Shown piece after piece: positions 54,637-62,179 of a stretch of 64,000 nt of DNA (positions within the stretch are counted from its first letter, which is position 1; each line of letters opens with the position of its first letter). Both the position numbers and the translations under genes were made by a program. The notes under the pieces are model-generated. The model was not told where the DNA came from. It worked only from the letters and a program-made list of their open reading frames with translations, and searched no databases. Origin of the DNA: a virus (Duplodnaviria > Heunggongvirae > Uroviricota > Caudoviricetes); IMG/VR virus record IMGVR_UViG_3300045450_000131, positions 33,228 through 97,227 of that record, one strand, 5' to 3'.

Positions 54637-54673
54637 GTATAACTCCTGTGATAAGGAATTATAACCTGTTTCT

Positions 54674-55246
54674 TTACATTTTGCCCATATCTATGAGGTG
54701 AAGTTGTAACAAGACTACATACGAGTAGGCAATGGCGTGAGACTTCTTGAAGGAGAAGCCACTGTCATCTTTCGCATATAGAATTTTTCGTGCTGATAAC
54801 TTGTCCTTCTTATACAAGCCGATGAAGTTCTTCTTACCAGGTCGAATTAGCGCCATCATGTCAGCTAATTCTAGAATAGATTTCGGCTTTAATTCACTGA
54901 GCAAGTCACCATGTTTTGCAAGCTGAAAGAGCTTAGCTTGCACTGACGGCACCTGTAACAAAGTCCAGTCAGGCTCCTTCTTAATTAGCATGTCAATCTC
55001 TGCACGGGTCTTGAATTGAGAGTACACGTGCAAGTGCAGAAAGTCAACCTTTAAGTACCCTAAATCTTCTGCTTCATCATATGGAATTGCCGCAAGCTTA
55101 GTAATTGGGTCTACAGCCATTGACTGCGGATACACACCGCATGGGTGAGGTGTGATCTTATTGTCCTTCACCACCGCAGCGCGACACCAATTTTTGAATA
55201 AATCGGTCGGGTTGAATGAAGGAGTGCAGTCTATATCGACGTCCAT
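54674..55246 (-). CDS. hypothetical protein
   Basis: 190-aa ORF. Confidence 0.45.
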   Translation of the reverse strand: MDVDIDCTPSFNPTDLFKNWCRAAVVKDNKITPHPCGVYPQSMAVDPITKLAAIPYDEAEDLGYLKVDFLHLHVYSQFKTRAEIDMLIKKEPDWTLLQVPSVQAKLFQLAKHGDLLSELKPKSILELADMMALIRPGKKNFIGLYKKDKLSARKILYAKDDSGFSFKKSHAIAYSYVVLLQLHLIDMGKM

Positions 55247-55452
55247 TAATCCATTTCCATCTTAATCATTGTTACTACCTGTGGGATTGCCTCTGCCCAC
55301 CTACGCATGACTTCAGGATCGTCCGTCTCATGCAGATAAGTGTCAAAATACCCACGCTGTACTGCCATTATATTCAGTAAGGCGTTATTAAACACCCTTG
55401 AATAAAACCTTTTGGCGGGTGGCGTCATACTCTCAAAGAACTTTCTAGTCAT
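55246..55452 (-). CDS. hypothetical protein
   Basis: 68-aa ORF. Confidence 0.35.
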   Translation of the reverse strand: MTRKFFESMTPPAKRFYSRVFNNALLNIMAVQRGYFDTYLHETDDPEVMRRWAEAIPQVVTMIKMEMD

Positions 55453-56204
55453 AGCCCCTCCTGTTTACAAACATCGCCGAAGAGCTTAAAGTTCTCGATG
55501 GCTTCATCGCTGTTTTGAATCCGCATGATCATTGCCCCGACTTGAACTGAGTTTTCAAGTCGACTCTTGTCAAAATCATTTCGGCTATTCATGTATTCCC
55601 TGAATGCCTTCGATGAAACTAAGAACCAAGGAGAGAGTTTGCGCCTCTGCACGAACTTTAGAATTTCATCTACGCCGAGCTTCTCAAAAACCTGGCCAGG
55701 CCTTACTTTCATTTCATTAGCTAGGTCGTGGGTAAAATCAAGTGATGTCATAAATTGCTCTGCTGGGTCTACAATTTTGTCGTAACCTTGCAAATATAAT
55801 GCATACACGTTATCTCTACACCACAGCGATGGTTGCACTTTGCCATTCTCGACCATTGCCTTAATGAAGGCTGATGGGTTAGGCATGTTAATTTTCTTTA
55901 CATGCCGAGAGAACTTAATGAAGGTGGTGTAAAAGGTAGAGTGTGAGAAAGTTTCAATTGGCGGTACGCTCCGCTTATTGAGTTTCATCCACTCACTGTA
56001 GAATTGATATGCGGCTTGGCCAATCGGAGTTTTTAATTCTTCAAATCGTTCACGTTCCTTACACTTATGGTTCATGAACACTCTTTCACTAACGAAATCG
56101 TGTTGACACATTTCACATGTCCACCGAATTCGCTTATCTACAGGCTCTTCATTAATTGCGTTTCTTCTTGATAACGCCTGCCTTTTCAGTGCTTCCATTT
56201 CCAT
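55449..56204 (-). CDS. hypothetical protein (N-terminal Cys/His cluster)
   Basis: 251 aa; true start may be an internal Met because the first 53 nt overlap the upstream gene. Confidence 0.4.
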   Translation of the reverse strand: MEMEALKRQALSRRNAINEEPVDKRIRWTCEMCQHDFVSERVFMNHKCKERERFEELKTPIGQAAYQFYSEWMKLNKRSVPPIETFSHSTFYTTFIKFSRHVKKINMPNPSAFIKAMVENGKVQPSLWCRDNVYALYLQGYDKIVDPAEQFMTSLDFTHDLANEMKVRPGQVFEKLGVDEILKFVQRRKLSPWFLVSSKAFREYMNSRNDFDKSRLENSVQVGAMIMRIQNSDEAIENFKLFGDVCKQEGL

Positions 56205-56649
56205 TAGATACCTCTTTCTTCAGCTTTGCCACTTCCTCTTTCTCCCAACCTAGTTCTTCCGCCATATTAATGGCGTCATCATCTGAGGTATTCATAACAT
56301 AGAGAGCAGCTTCTCGTGTAGAGACATTATAGTACTCTTTGATGGCTTCGGTTTTTAGTTTTGATGCGGTTTTGCCAGGGGCTTTGATCCACTGAAAACG
56401 CCTAGTCTTGCCAGTTGAAGATGCGGCAAGCAACTTAAAGAGTAGGGCCTTTTCCTGTCCAAGTGAAAAGGCGTAGGGGTTAACAAATGTATTTATGCGG
56501 ACGATCTGGGCCGAGTCCTTCGTACCAGTGAGCCACCGCATAATGACAAATGGGGCAGCAGACTTCTTATCTTCATCAGACAGCTTGTCGTACCACTCCA
56601 TGTCGCGAGATGCAATTTTTTCTAAAGATGGGAATAGGTCAAATGCCAT
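56152..56649 (-). CDS. hypothetical protein; position matches the clamp-loader small subunit (gp62-like) of T4-type modules
   Basis: 165 aa directly downstream of the gp44-like gene; no motif. Confidence 0.3.
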   Translation of the reverse strand: MAFDLFPSLEKIASRDMEWYDKLSDEDKKSAAPFVIMRWLTGTKDSAQIVRINTFVNPYAFSLGQEKALLFKLLAASSTGKTRRFQWIKAPGKTASKLKTEAIKEYYNVSTREAALYVMNTSDDDAINMAEELGWEKEEVAKLKKEVSNGNGSTEKAGVIKKKRN

Positions 56650-56888
56650 TATACAAGTCGAACTTTATAGGTAGTTTTACCCGTTGGTTCTATTTTAACA
56701 CGAACTTTGTAGCCAGAGAACATAACAAATGGCCCCTCAGTGGCGGTGTCATGTGGCTCCAAGGTAGTATAGATTGCGCCAATCTCCCGAATCAAGTGCT
56801 TCTCAAAGTCATTCTTATATGACTGTGGGAGTTCTCTGAAGGAGATCGTGCCAATAGGCCAAGGGTAAAGGTAATTCATCATGCTCAA
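56649..56888 (-). CDS. hypothetical protein
   Basis: 79-aa ORF. Confidence 0.35.
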   Translation of the reverse strand: MSMMNYLYPWPIGTISFRELPQSYKNDFEKHLIREIGAIYTTLEPHDTATEGPFVMFSGYKVRVKIEPTGKTTYKVRLV

Positions 56889-56931
56889 AATCCGTAGTAA
56901 GATGGCACCAAAATTAATGCCATCTTATTAC

Positions 56932-57840
56932 TTACATCAGATTTGAGATTTCAATAAACAACGCGGCGACATTAATTTCCCAGTCGGCAACAAATGCGTG
57001 CTTGTATTGATATTCAGCAATCAATACGACTGCCTCGTCCTTCCTCTTTAGACCCTTGATCTTATTCAGATTATCGTAAAGGAAGCGAAAGATGTCTTGT
57101 AGTTCATCTTTGTTGGCGCTTTCACACACTGACTTGCGAGCGCTACTAATATCACCGCTTTCAAGGTGCTGGAGCAATTCAATCTTCCAGTCTGAGATAT
57201 TATCATTGCTAGTTACATTTAGCTTATTATTAATGCAGCCTGCCTCGAGAAGCTGCAGCACTTTACGGAAGTCAGGATAGCCGGCACTTACTACCTTGTC
57301 CAGGTCATCAATGTCAAAGTCAATATTCTCGGCTTCCAAGATATGAGCCGACTTAAGAAGCACTTCATCCCGATCCGGGGCCATGAAGGTGAATTCCTGA
57401 AACCTGGACCGAAGAGGTGGGGTCACCTTATTAATATAATTACAAGTTGCGATGAAGCGACAGTTAGAGCTCGTAGATTCGATCAGATCGCGAAGTAGTG
57501 CTTGAGCTTCATGCCCAAGATAATCAAACTCTTCAAGCTGCACAATTTTAAACTTGCCCATCGCCATGGTGGTCGCAAAGTTCTTCACCTTGTCTCGCAT
57601 CGCCTCGATCTTTTCATCAGAACAATTTAGCTTTAGCACGTCATTCTTGTCGACATTGAGGTCTCTCACGAGTGCCTTTGACATCGAGGTCTTGCCAGTG
57701 CCGGCGCCGCCAGACAGCAGCAGGTTTGGAATATTTTGCTCAGCAATGAACGAATCAAACTTCTTACGATCGCGCTCATTACCAACAATAACTTCAGCCA
57801 CTGTACGTGGACGCCACTTCTCAACCCAAATCTTTTTCAT
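56932..57840 (-). CDS. clamp-loader AAA+ ATPase (RFC small subunit / T4 gp44-like)
   Basis: WVEKWRP N-terminus, Walker A GGAGTGKT, DEAD-like QLEEFD, SRF(C)-type LRSRFQEF. Confidence 0.65.
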   Translation of the reverse strand: MKKIWVEKWRPRTVAEVIVGNERDRKKFDSFIAEQNIPNLLLSGGAGTGKTSMSKALVRDLNVDKNDVLKLNCSDEKIEAMRDKVKNFATTMAMGKFKIVQLEEFDYLGHEAQALLRDLIESTSSNCRFIATCNYINKVTPPLRSRFQEFTFMAPDRDEVLLKSAHILEAENIDFDIDDLDKVVSAGYPDFRKVLQLLEAGCINNKLNVTSNDNISDWKIELLQHLESGDISSARKSVCESANKDELQDIFRFLYDNLNKIKGLKRKDEAVVLIAEYQYKHAFVADWEINVAALFIEISNLM

Positions 57841-57896
57841 AAAACTCCAAAGTAAAACTTCTCTTAAAATTATAAACTACGTGGTGCACTGCGTGT

Positions 57897-58946
57897 TCAC
57901 TTATAGTGCGTTTTAGGGCGCACAAAACCAAGCGGGTCTGCTGCCGCCGCATCCACGGTGGTGCTTGGGTCTTCCATCACATCTGTTAAAGATGACTTCA
58001 CTGGCATCATTTGCTTTGGATCTTCTTCAACTTCATGTTTTGCATTCTCAATAATTGGTTCAGGTGGTGGCTCAATGATAGGTAAATCTTCAATTTGCTT
58101 TTCCTCCTGCATGGTAGTAACAATATCTTGCACGATAGGTTTATTTTCTGTTACATTAACATTGCTTACTATTGGTTGTTGAATAACAGGTATGGTTGAA
58201 GCTTCATGTGACTTCAACTGATTAATGAGTTTATCATGATTAGCTTGCTGCTTGCGTTCCTTCTCTTCCTTATGTGACTTTAGCCGAGCGTTCCCAGATA
58301 CAATCAAAAATACAGCGAGTGGGTCAAAGACAATAACAATCAAGAAAATAATGTAATTGATTGCAGTTTCAATTGGCACATTTAACACTCTTGCGAGTGC
58401 ATTGATATATCCAGCTTTAGCATTTAAGTTAATCTGATTGATTTGCACTTCAGGTAATTGCTTGTCAATTTCAGAAATTTTCTGATCTAAATTTTGCTGC
58501 TCGGCTTTAAAGCCATTGATTAGGCGTAAACGCTGATTAACAGAAGTTCTTTCTGGCAAATTAGCAATCTGATTGTCAATTTGATTCTTTCTTTCCTGAT
58601 ACTTTTGCTGCTGCTCCTTCAAGATGCTTACTTTCAATTCACCTTCTCGGCTTGAAAGCATGGCTTTAGAGAACTCACCGCTTAAGTATCCTGCAGCGCC
58701 AGCAGATGTGATTGTCATGGTAACAACACACGCTAAAATGGAATAGAACTTTCTCAAGTTTGAGAAGGTCTTCCAATCATTATACATCAAGCTAACAGTG
58801 ACAATTTTCCCATAATCAAGAGCAATTGCCATCGCGATAATGATTAGGTTGGCGCCAAATAAGCTCGAAATACCAATGACAGAGATTAAAGAAGCAAGGC
58901 CCTCGATTAAGAGGGCCGCTAAAAATACTACGAAGGTAAAAACCAT
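57897..58946 (-). CDS. membrane protein with coiled coil and Pro-rich C-terminus
   Basis: 349 aa, multiple TM helices. Confidence 0.45.
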   Translation of the reverse strand: MVFTFVVFLAALLIEGLASLISVIGISSLFGANLIIIAMAIALDYGKIVTVSLMYNDWKTFSNLRKFYSILACVVTMTITSAGAAGYLSGEFSKAMLSSREGELKVSILKEQQQKYQERKNQIDNQIANLPERTSVNQRLRLINGFKAEQQNLDQKISEIDKQLPEVQINQINLNAKAGYINALARVLNVPIETAINYIIFLIVIVFDPLAVFLIVSGNARLKSHKEEKERKQQANHDKLINQLKSHEASTIPVIQQPIVSNVNVTENKPIVQDIVTTMQEEKQIEDLPIIEPPPEPIIENAKHEVEEDPKQMMPVKSSLTDVMEDPSTTVDAAAADPLGFVRPKTHYK

Positions 58947-59543
58947 TTACTCAGATAAGCCAATATTGACTCGAATAAATGTGTTCTCTTTCACCATTTC
59001 TTCGGTTAATTGAACTTCAGAATACTTGCCGTCTACATCGAGTGCAACGATATGATCCCCAACTTTATAATCAATGAGTGCCTTGATGGCTGGAATTGAG
59101 ATTTCGTTCAGGTGCCAATACTTTGCTCTTTTAATTTTAGCAACGTAGTCTTCATGTAACACAGTTTCTGGATGAAGGTAAAAAGTGCAAATTTGTGGAT
59201 TTACAAATCCTACTTCATTAGCTGGAACTCTAGTTAATAAAGGAACAATACGTGGATCTTTTTCAATTGCTGATAAATCAACTACCTTTCCATTTCTTAA
59301 TGGTGAGTAGGAAGAAACATTGCCTTGGCCTTGCTGTAGCTTTTCATTAATTTTTATTAGGTCTGCTCTTAGAGCCTCAAATAGCAAGCCATTAAAACCT
59401 ACACATTTTATTTCAGACGGAGCAGATGTGTATTTCTTGCAATATCCAAATTCACCCACCTCGAATGAGCCAAATGAGATTTGTTTTAAGAGTTGTTTCA
59501 GTTCATTAAACATGGGTCTTTGTTGTTTCAGTTCATTAAACAT
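58947..59543 (-). CDS. hypothetical protein whose 5' end carries a 30-bp tandem duplication
   Basis: N-terminus MFNELKQQRP-MFNELKQLLKQ encoded by two direct repeats. Confidence 0.45.
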   Translation of the reverse strand: MFNELKQQRPMFNELKQLLKQISFGSFEVGEFGYCKKYTSAPSEIKCVGFNGLLFEALRADLIKINEKLQQGQGNVSSYSPLRNGKVVDLSAIEKDPRIVPLLTRVPANEVGFVNPQICTFYLHPETVLHEDYVAKIKRAKYWHLNEISIPAIKALIDYKVGDHIVALDVDGKYSEVQLTEEMVKENTFIRVNIGLSE

Positions 59544-59552
59544 GGGTCTTTG
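59493..59552. repeat. 2 x 30-bp perfect tandem direct repeat (tgtttcagttcattaaacatgggtctttgt)
   Basis: duplicates start codon and first 10 codons of gene 58947-59543. Confidence 0.7.
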
Positions 59553-59862
59553 TTGTTTCTAGTTCATCATTTGTGACGAAGATAACTTTAGTATCATCAG
59601 TCTTCCACATCTTGACACCATCAACTTCAGTGCCGTATGACCACATTAAGGTTTCAATGTAGATAAAATCTCCAATGTTAATGCCATCGACTTCGGGCCC
59701 AACTGCTAGCACCTCACCCCAACGTGGCTGCTTTTGCTGGTTGTCATGCTGAGGGATGATAATGCCGCTCGGGGTTTTACGATCAGTGAACTTGCCCTTT
59801 GCACCGCCGGTGTCATCGAGAAAGCGGAACATGATGTTATTTTTTAGAGGATGGAGTTGCAT
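59536..59862 (-). CDS. GroES-like co-chaperonin (T4 gp31 functional analogue)
   Basis: GGAKGKF...GIIIPQ...GEVLAVGPEV...GDFIY Cpn10 pattern. Confidence 0.55.
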   Translation of the reverse strand: MQLHPLKNNIMFRFLDDTGGAKGKFTDRKTPSGIIIPQHDNQQKQPRWGEVLAVGPEVDGINIGDFIYIETLMWSYGTEVDGVKMWKTDDTKVIFVTNDELETTKTHV

Positions 59863-59885
59863 ATAATGTGTATGAAGTTATAAGT

Positions 59886-60116
59886 TTATTTTCTGCTAAG
59901 CTGCTTTGCCTTACCAGAGGATTCTGCCGCCGCTTCTTCCGCGACTGCCAAGAATTCTGGGTCTAGCTTCTCAGTCTTAACACCGTCTTTGATGTCGATC
60001 GCGACCTTACGTGCCTGAACAGCTTTAGGAACTGGAGCCGAGGCGAGTTGAGCTTTGATTCTTAAGAGCTCGAAATCGACCATTTCGCCTTTTGCTGATC
60101 TGATGTATTGTGCCAT
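59886..60116 (-). CDS. hypothetical protein
   Basis: 76-aa ORF. Confidence 0.4.
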   Translation of the reverse strand: MAQYIRSAKGEMVDFELLRIKAQLASAPVPKAVQARKVAIDIKDGVKTEKLDPEFLAVAEEAAAESSGKAKQLSRK

Positions 60117-60170
60117 ATATTCTCCGGTGCATTTAACGTTGGTTATTTATATTGCCGGAAAGGCACTATT

Positions 60171-60722
60171 TTAGTCATGATAGAACTCAACTAGATCAAC
60201 ATCCATTTTAATACAGTCGACAACGTGTAACCCTAAGATAAACAGGACGTATGACGCGCACGAGGAACCTCGACCAACTCCCCAGACAACATTATTCTTT
60301 TTCAGTTCGTGTAAGATATAAATGATGGTTTTAATAAACTCAACCATTCCTCTTACTTTAATCTCGACAAGCTCGAGGTGAATTCGTTCAATCGCCTGCT
60401 CTATTTCCTCTTCATTATAATTTAGCTCAGGTAGCTTTGCTTCAAATGCCTCGCCGATATATTCGTCGATATCCAAATTAACGAATTCTGGTGGCAGCCG
60501 CCAGTCCATCTTTAGAGGAATGGGCTCCTTCTTGATGATGCTAATTTGATCTTCGTCCAAAACTTGGTCGTTGAATAAATTAATTTCGTCAGTTAAACTC
60601 TCGACACGAAGCTTGCTTGGAGATACGCCAAGCAAGAGGAATTTGGAAACGAGATCAGGGTGAATTTCAATCACCCCATCAAACCTCAATGTATAGTCAG
60701 CTAATTTAGTCTTAAGCTTCAC
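60171..60722 (-). CDS. DnaE (Pol III alpha) palm-region fragment-like protein
   Basis: C-terminal EQAIERIHLELVEIKVRGMVEFI...NNVVWGVGRGSSCASYVLFILGLHVVDCIKMDVDLVEF matches the DnaE segment ...GFPGYFLIV.DFI.W...G.[35 protein letters not shown]...PDFDVDF as recalled; ORF stops 8 residues after the DVD. Confidence 0.45.
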   Translation of the reverse strand: MKLKTKLADYTLRFDGVIEIHPDLVSKFLLLGVSPSKLRVESLTDEINLFNDQVLDEDQISIIKKEPIPLKMDWRLPPEFVNLDIDEYIGEAFEAKLPELNYNEEEIEQAIERIHLELVEIKVRGMVEFIKTIIYILHELKKNNVVWGVGRGSSCASYVLFILGLHVVDCIKMDVDLVEFYHD

Positions 60723-60963
60723 GTTTTACTTTAAGCTGGTGATTTGCTAGCTTTACTAGAATTGTTGTTGGCACGTCAACGTATGGATGCTCAGCATGGA
60801 AGAGAATGTTACCCCATTTACCAGTTTCTAAAAATTTCTTTGCCGAGTCACGATGCGCCTTCTTCTTTGGGTCAAAAAACTCCCGTGCAGGTAGGCACCT
60901 GTTAAGGATTGTAAAACGTGGAGTGTTGCCCATAGTTTCGTCTGCTTCGATAAAATCTGCCAT
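60712..60963 (-). CDS. hypothetical protein
   Basis: 83-aa ORF. Confidence 0.4.
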   Translation of the reverse strand: MADFIEADETMGNTPRFTILNRCLPAREFFDPKKKAHRDSAKKFLETGKWGNILFHAEHPYVDVPTTILVKLANHQLKVKREA

Positions 60964-60965
60964 TT

Positions 60966-61475
60966 TCAGTCTTCCTTAGTTAGTTGAACACACTTAATAC
61001 CACGCTTCTCTAGATTCTTGATACCTTCAGACAGCCGATAGTGCTTGCGAAAAACTACTCGCTTGATTTTCGCCTGAATAATTAGCTTAGAGCAATCAGG
61101 ACATGGTGAATGCGTAACATACAAAGTGCTACCTTCACTGCCCCCACCGACGTCACTTGCCGCTAGCTTTAAGATACAGTTAGCTTCTGCATGTAGCACC
61201 TCGCTCTTCGTTTTTACAATTTTGTCAGGAGGTTCGCCGATGCTATCTCGACCATCATAATTAGGATCATCGGCATATTCTTCACACACCTCATCTTCAC
61301 CTTCACACCCTGCGGGCATGCCATTATAACCGTCACTTATAATGCGTTTATTCTTAACTAGGATGGCGCCAACTTGGAGGCGATTTGCTTTGGACCTGGT
61401 AGCCCACACCTCTGCCATCTGTAGGTAGGCTTCGTCAAGCTCGATGCGATCAGGATTAATTGTAAGTTGTTTCAT
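60966..61475 (-). CDS. cd: dCMP deaminase
   Basis: HAEANCI ... PCPDCSK zinc motifs, 169 aa. Confidence 0.7.
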   Translation of the reverse strand: MKQLTINPDRIELDEAYLQMAEVWATRSKANRLQVGAILVKNKRIISDGYNGMPAGCEGEDEVCEEYADDPNYDGRDSIGEPPDKIVKTKSEVLHAEANCILKLAASDVGGGSEGSTLYVTHSPCPDCSKLIIQAKIKRVVFRKHYRLSEGIKNLEKRGIKCVQLTKED

Positions 61476-61549
61476 TCTCAGATTGTATCACAAGTTTGTG
61501 CATAAGTATTATTATATTCTGATATCACATACTTGTAAACTGAGGTTAT

Positions 61550-62179
61550 ATGTTAGACATTCACGTCATTCCCAAAGCTGGCTTTGAGGACAACATGTTC
61601 AAGATGGTGCAGGCGCTCGTGCATCCTTTAATTAATGTCTATCACAGTAGTTACATTTTTGGTAACATATTAGAGGCGAGAATTGCAGGTTTCTCAAAGG
61701 GTACATCTAAGTACGTGACATGGATCGATAGCGATGACACGATAGTAAATGTTGAATGGGTAGAAAAGGCAATTCAAGTATTAGAAATGGATAACACCAT
61801 CAGCGCAATCTATCCTCGTTGGAACGTCATAGAACATGGTAAAATAATTAGAACAACCCCAGAGCATGAATGGAGTGCGTCTTTACATGCAACGTGGTCA
61901 TACATGCCATACGCTCACCATCTTACTATCATGAGACGAGAACAGGTTTTAGAGTCCTTAATGCTAGCTAAGGAAAATGTTAAGCACCTCATCCAGAGCA
62001 CAGAGAGATACTTAGTGTCATCTCTTGTGAAAAATGGTAGGCTTATTTCTGAGCCTACCATCGCTTATAATTGGCACCTACATCCTAATACTGCCCGAAC
62101 TAAGAACGATTCAGTTGAGGCGCAGGAGTGGTTAAGAAAGGAATTCTACATACACTCCCAGCTAGCTAAATTATGCTAA
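61550..62179 (+). CDS. glycosyltransferase (GT-A fold, DxD)
   Basis: VTWIDSDDTIV DxD motif; plus strand, convergent with the tail fibre gene. Confidence 0.45.
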   Translation: MLDIHVIPKAGFEDNMFKMVQALVHPLINVYHSSYIFGNILEARIAGFSKGTSKYVTWIDSDDTIVNVEWVEKAIQVLEMDNTISAIYPRWNVIEHGKIIRTTPEHEWSASLHATWSYMPYAHHLTIMRREQVLESLMLAKENVKHLIQSTERYLVSSLVKNGRLISEPTIAYNWHLHPNTARTKNDSVEAQEWLRKEFYIHSQLAKLC

